A DNA stretch of 64,000 nt from Sphyrna mokarran (lineage: Eukaryota). Positions 62,235 through 64,000 of this stretch are shown in pieces. The notes below the pieces were generated by a model. The model saw only the letters and a list, made by a program, of their open reading frames with translations, made no database searches and was not told the origin of the DNA. Where the stretch lies: NCBI GenBank assembly GCA_024679065.1, contig JAGIQG010000016.1, positions 39,246,001 through 39,310,000 of the forward strand. The letters are read 5' to 3'. Each line of letters starts with the position of its first letter. Within the stretch, counting starts at the first letter, position 1. The translations under genes were made by a program, and so were the position numbers.

Positions 62235-62390
62235 TATGAGTATAGTAGTGTAGATATAGCATCAACATTGAGCACTGCACAGAGGCATCAGAATGACTTC
62301 TGTCAATCTGTGTGATTAGAGGCAGTTTCAAATTGCGTACTTGCACTCACAAAATGAGGGATATAGTAAATGAAATTTAGATTTGAAACA

Positions 62391-62528
62391 GAAGCAAAAT
62401 ATTGCAGATGTTGAAAATGTGAAACAAAAACAGAAGATGCTACAAATATTCAACAGATCAAGCAGCATCTATGGAGGGATAAACAGGGTTAATGTTTCAG
62501 ATGTCACAGACCTGAAAAGGTAAATTAC
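62391..62528 (-). mobile_element. Short Penelope-like pLTR insertion related to the 49439 family, with a small inverted end
   Basis: AAAACAGAAGATGCT..AATATTCAACAG..GCAGCATCTATGGAG..GTTAATGTTTCAG; near-TSD ATTTGAAACA (62381-62390)/ATTTAAAACA (62529-62538). Confidence 0.7.
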
Positions 62529-62574
62529 ATTTAAAACATGTTGCTAACATGTAGGAAAACCTGAATGTTTTCAG

Positions 62575-64000
62575 TATATAAGCAGCTAGAGCGACAATTG
62601 GAAGATGCATTTTTAGTCAGGGAGAACAAGGCAATCATGGAAGGGAGGCAGAGTAAGGTGGTGGACCCGGACCCTAAGGGGGGGAACCTGACCCTTACAG
62701 GTGGATTACTATAACGAAGGGGAAAAAAGGAGAGAGGAGACAGTCCAAAGATTTCCCCAGTGGCAGTCCCCCAAAATATCAAGGGCAAAGGGGTAAAAAA
62801 GGTAAGGCAGGAGGACCAGAGTACCTCAAAGGGGAGGAAAGGGGCTAAAAGTGAGATAGTGGTGGGGGATGGGAGGGTTAAAGGAATAGTTAGGCACTTC
62901 TGTGGTCAAAGGCAGGACTTCAGGATGGTAGTTTGCTTCCCTGGAGCAGGGGTGCAAGATGTGTCTGACAGGATAGAGGGCATTTTGAAGGGTGAGGGGA
63001 CCCAGGTGGATGTGATTATTCATGTAGGAGAGGAGGATGTAGGAAGGAAGAGCAGGGAGGATATACAAAGGCAGTTCAGGGAGTTGAGGGGTAGGCTGAA
63101 GAGCAGGGCCTCCAGGGTGACAATCCCAGGGCTGCTTCCAGGGCCAACTAATAGCGGAGCCAGGAGAAATGAGATCCTACAGCTGAATGCGTGGCTGAAG
63201 GACTGGTGGAGGACAGAGGGTTTCATATTTGTGGATAACTGGGAAGTATTTGTGAAAGAAAGGCAATTGTATAGAAGGGACGGGGAACACTTAAATGGGA
63301 AGGGTGTGAATATCTTAGCTGGGAGGTTAGCTGGGCTGTTTCGGCAGGATTTAAACTAATATGGAGGGGGGGAGGGGCTGAGACCGATAGCTCGGTAGAG
63401 AGCGAGATGGGAGACAGAGTAAGCTTGGATGAGAAGAAATACACCAGGGAGAAGGAGGTTCTGAGTGGGCTTGGAGTCTGGAGTGTGTCTGCTTCAATGT
63501 GAGGAGCGTAACAGGAAAAACGGATAAATTTAGGGCCTTAATGTTTGCAAGGAACTTGGATGTGGTTGCAGCGACGGAGATGTGGTTAAAGGAAGGGGAG
63601 CAGTGGCAGCTGAATATTCCTGGGTACATGTGTTTCAGGCGTGACAGAGGAGGGTCCAGAAGAGGTGGAGGAGTGGCGTTATTAGTTAGGGAGAGCATCA
63701 TGGCGGTGTAGAGGGAGGACAATACAGAGGAGTTAGGAGTGGAGTCGCTGTGGGTGGAGTTGAGGAATAGAAAGGGGGCGATTACTATGCTAGGGGTATA
63801 TTATAGGCCAACCAACAACCCGCGGGTAGTTGAAGAAGGCATATGTAAAGACATTTGGATAGGTGCAGAAAGAACAGAGTCGTTATAGTGGGAGATTTTA
63901 ATCTCCCTAGGGTGGATTGGAAGGTACCTAGAGCTGGGTGTTTGGACAGGGAGGAATTTGTAAAATGTGTACTGGAAGGATCGTTGGAGCAGTATGTGGC
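62575..64000 (+). mobile_element. CR1 LINE 5' portion: ORF1 (coiled coil plus SGNH esterase-like) and ORF2 APE endonuclease start
   Basis: KQLERQLED..; ORF 62760-63359 VVCFPGAGVQDV, IIHVG, LNAWLKDW, RDGEHLN; ORF2 CFNVRS..DVVAATEMWL..IPGY..RRDR..GGGVALLV..LWVEL..GVYYRP; runs off the window. Confidence 0.95.
62760..63359 (+). pseudogene. CR1 ORF1 SGNH-esterase-like domain
   Basis: Blocks I-V recognisable (GDG, PGA, HVGEED, DGEHL) but catalytic motifs are altered. Confidence 0.85.

Overview
This is eukaryotic, AT-rich, repeat-dense non-coding DNA (intronic or intergenic). I could not support any host protein-coding exon, rRNA, tRNA or CRISPR array. The repeat complement (HE1-type V-SINEs with CR1/HER1 tails, SacSINE1-like Deu-SINEs, many CR1 LINEs) points to a cartilaginous fish, probably a carcharhiniform shark (inference). 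The window is a nested mosaic of CR1 and RTE LINE fragments, several SINE families, two decayed Ty3/Gypsy LTR elements, PIF/Harbinger-type MITEs and Myb/SANT remnants, and at least seven Penelope-like (PLE, GIY-YIG) insertions. Five signals stand out. (1) About 100-260 bp PLE insertions flanked by 10-12 bp target-site duplications (TSDs); several are fold-back palindromes carrying hammerhead-ribozyme cores on both strands, with covarying helix II. (2) GTAC recurs inside their TSDs, suggesting a target preference. (3) A young, nearly intact CR1 carries a V-SINE core domain in its long 3' UTR. (4) A LINE has a tRNA-like Pol III head directly upstream of its endonuclease, and a matching bipartite SINE is present. 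(5) A CR1 ORF1 SGNH esterase lacks its catalytic serine. Family names come from motif recognition by eye, not database searches, and boundaries of old elements are approximate.
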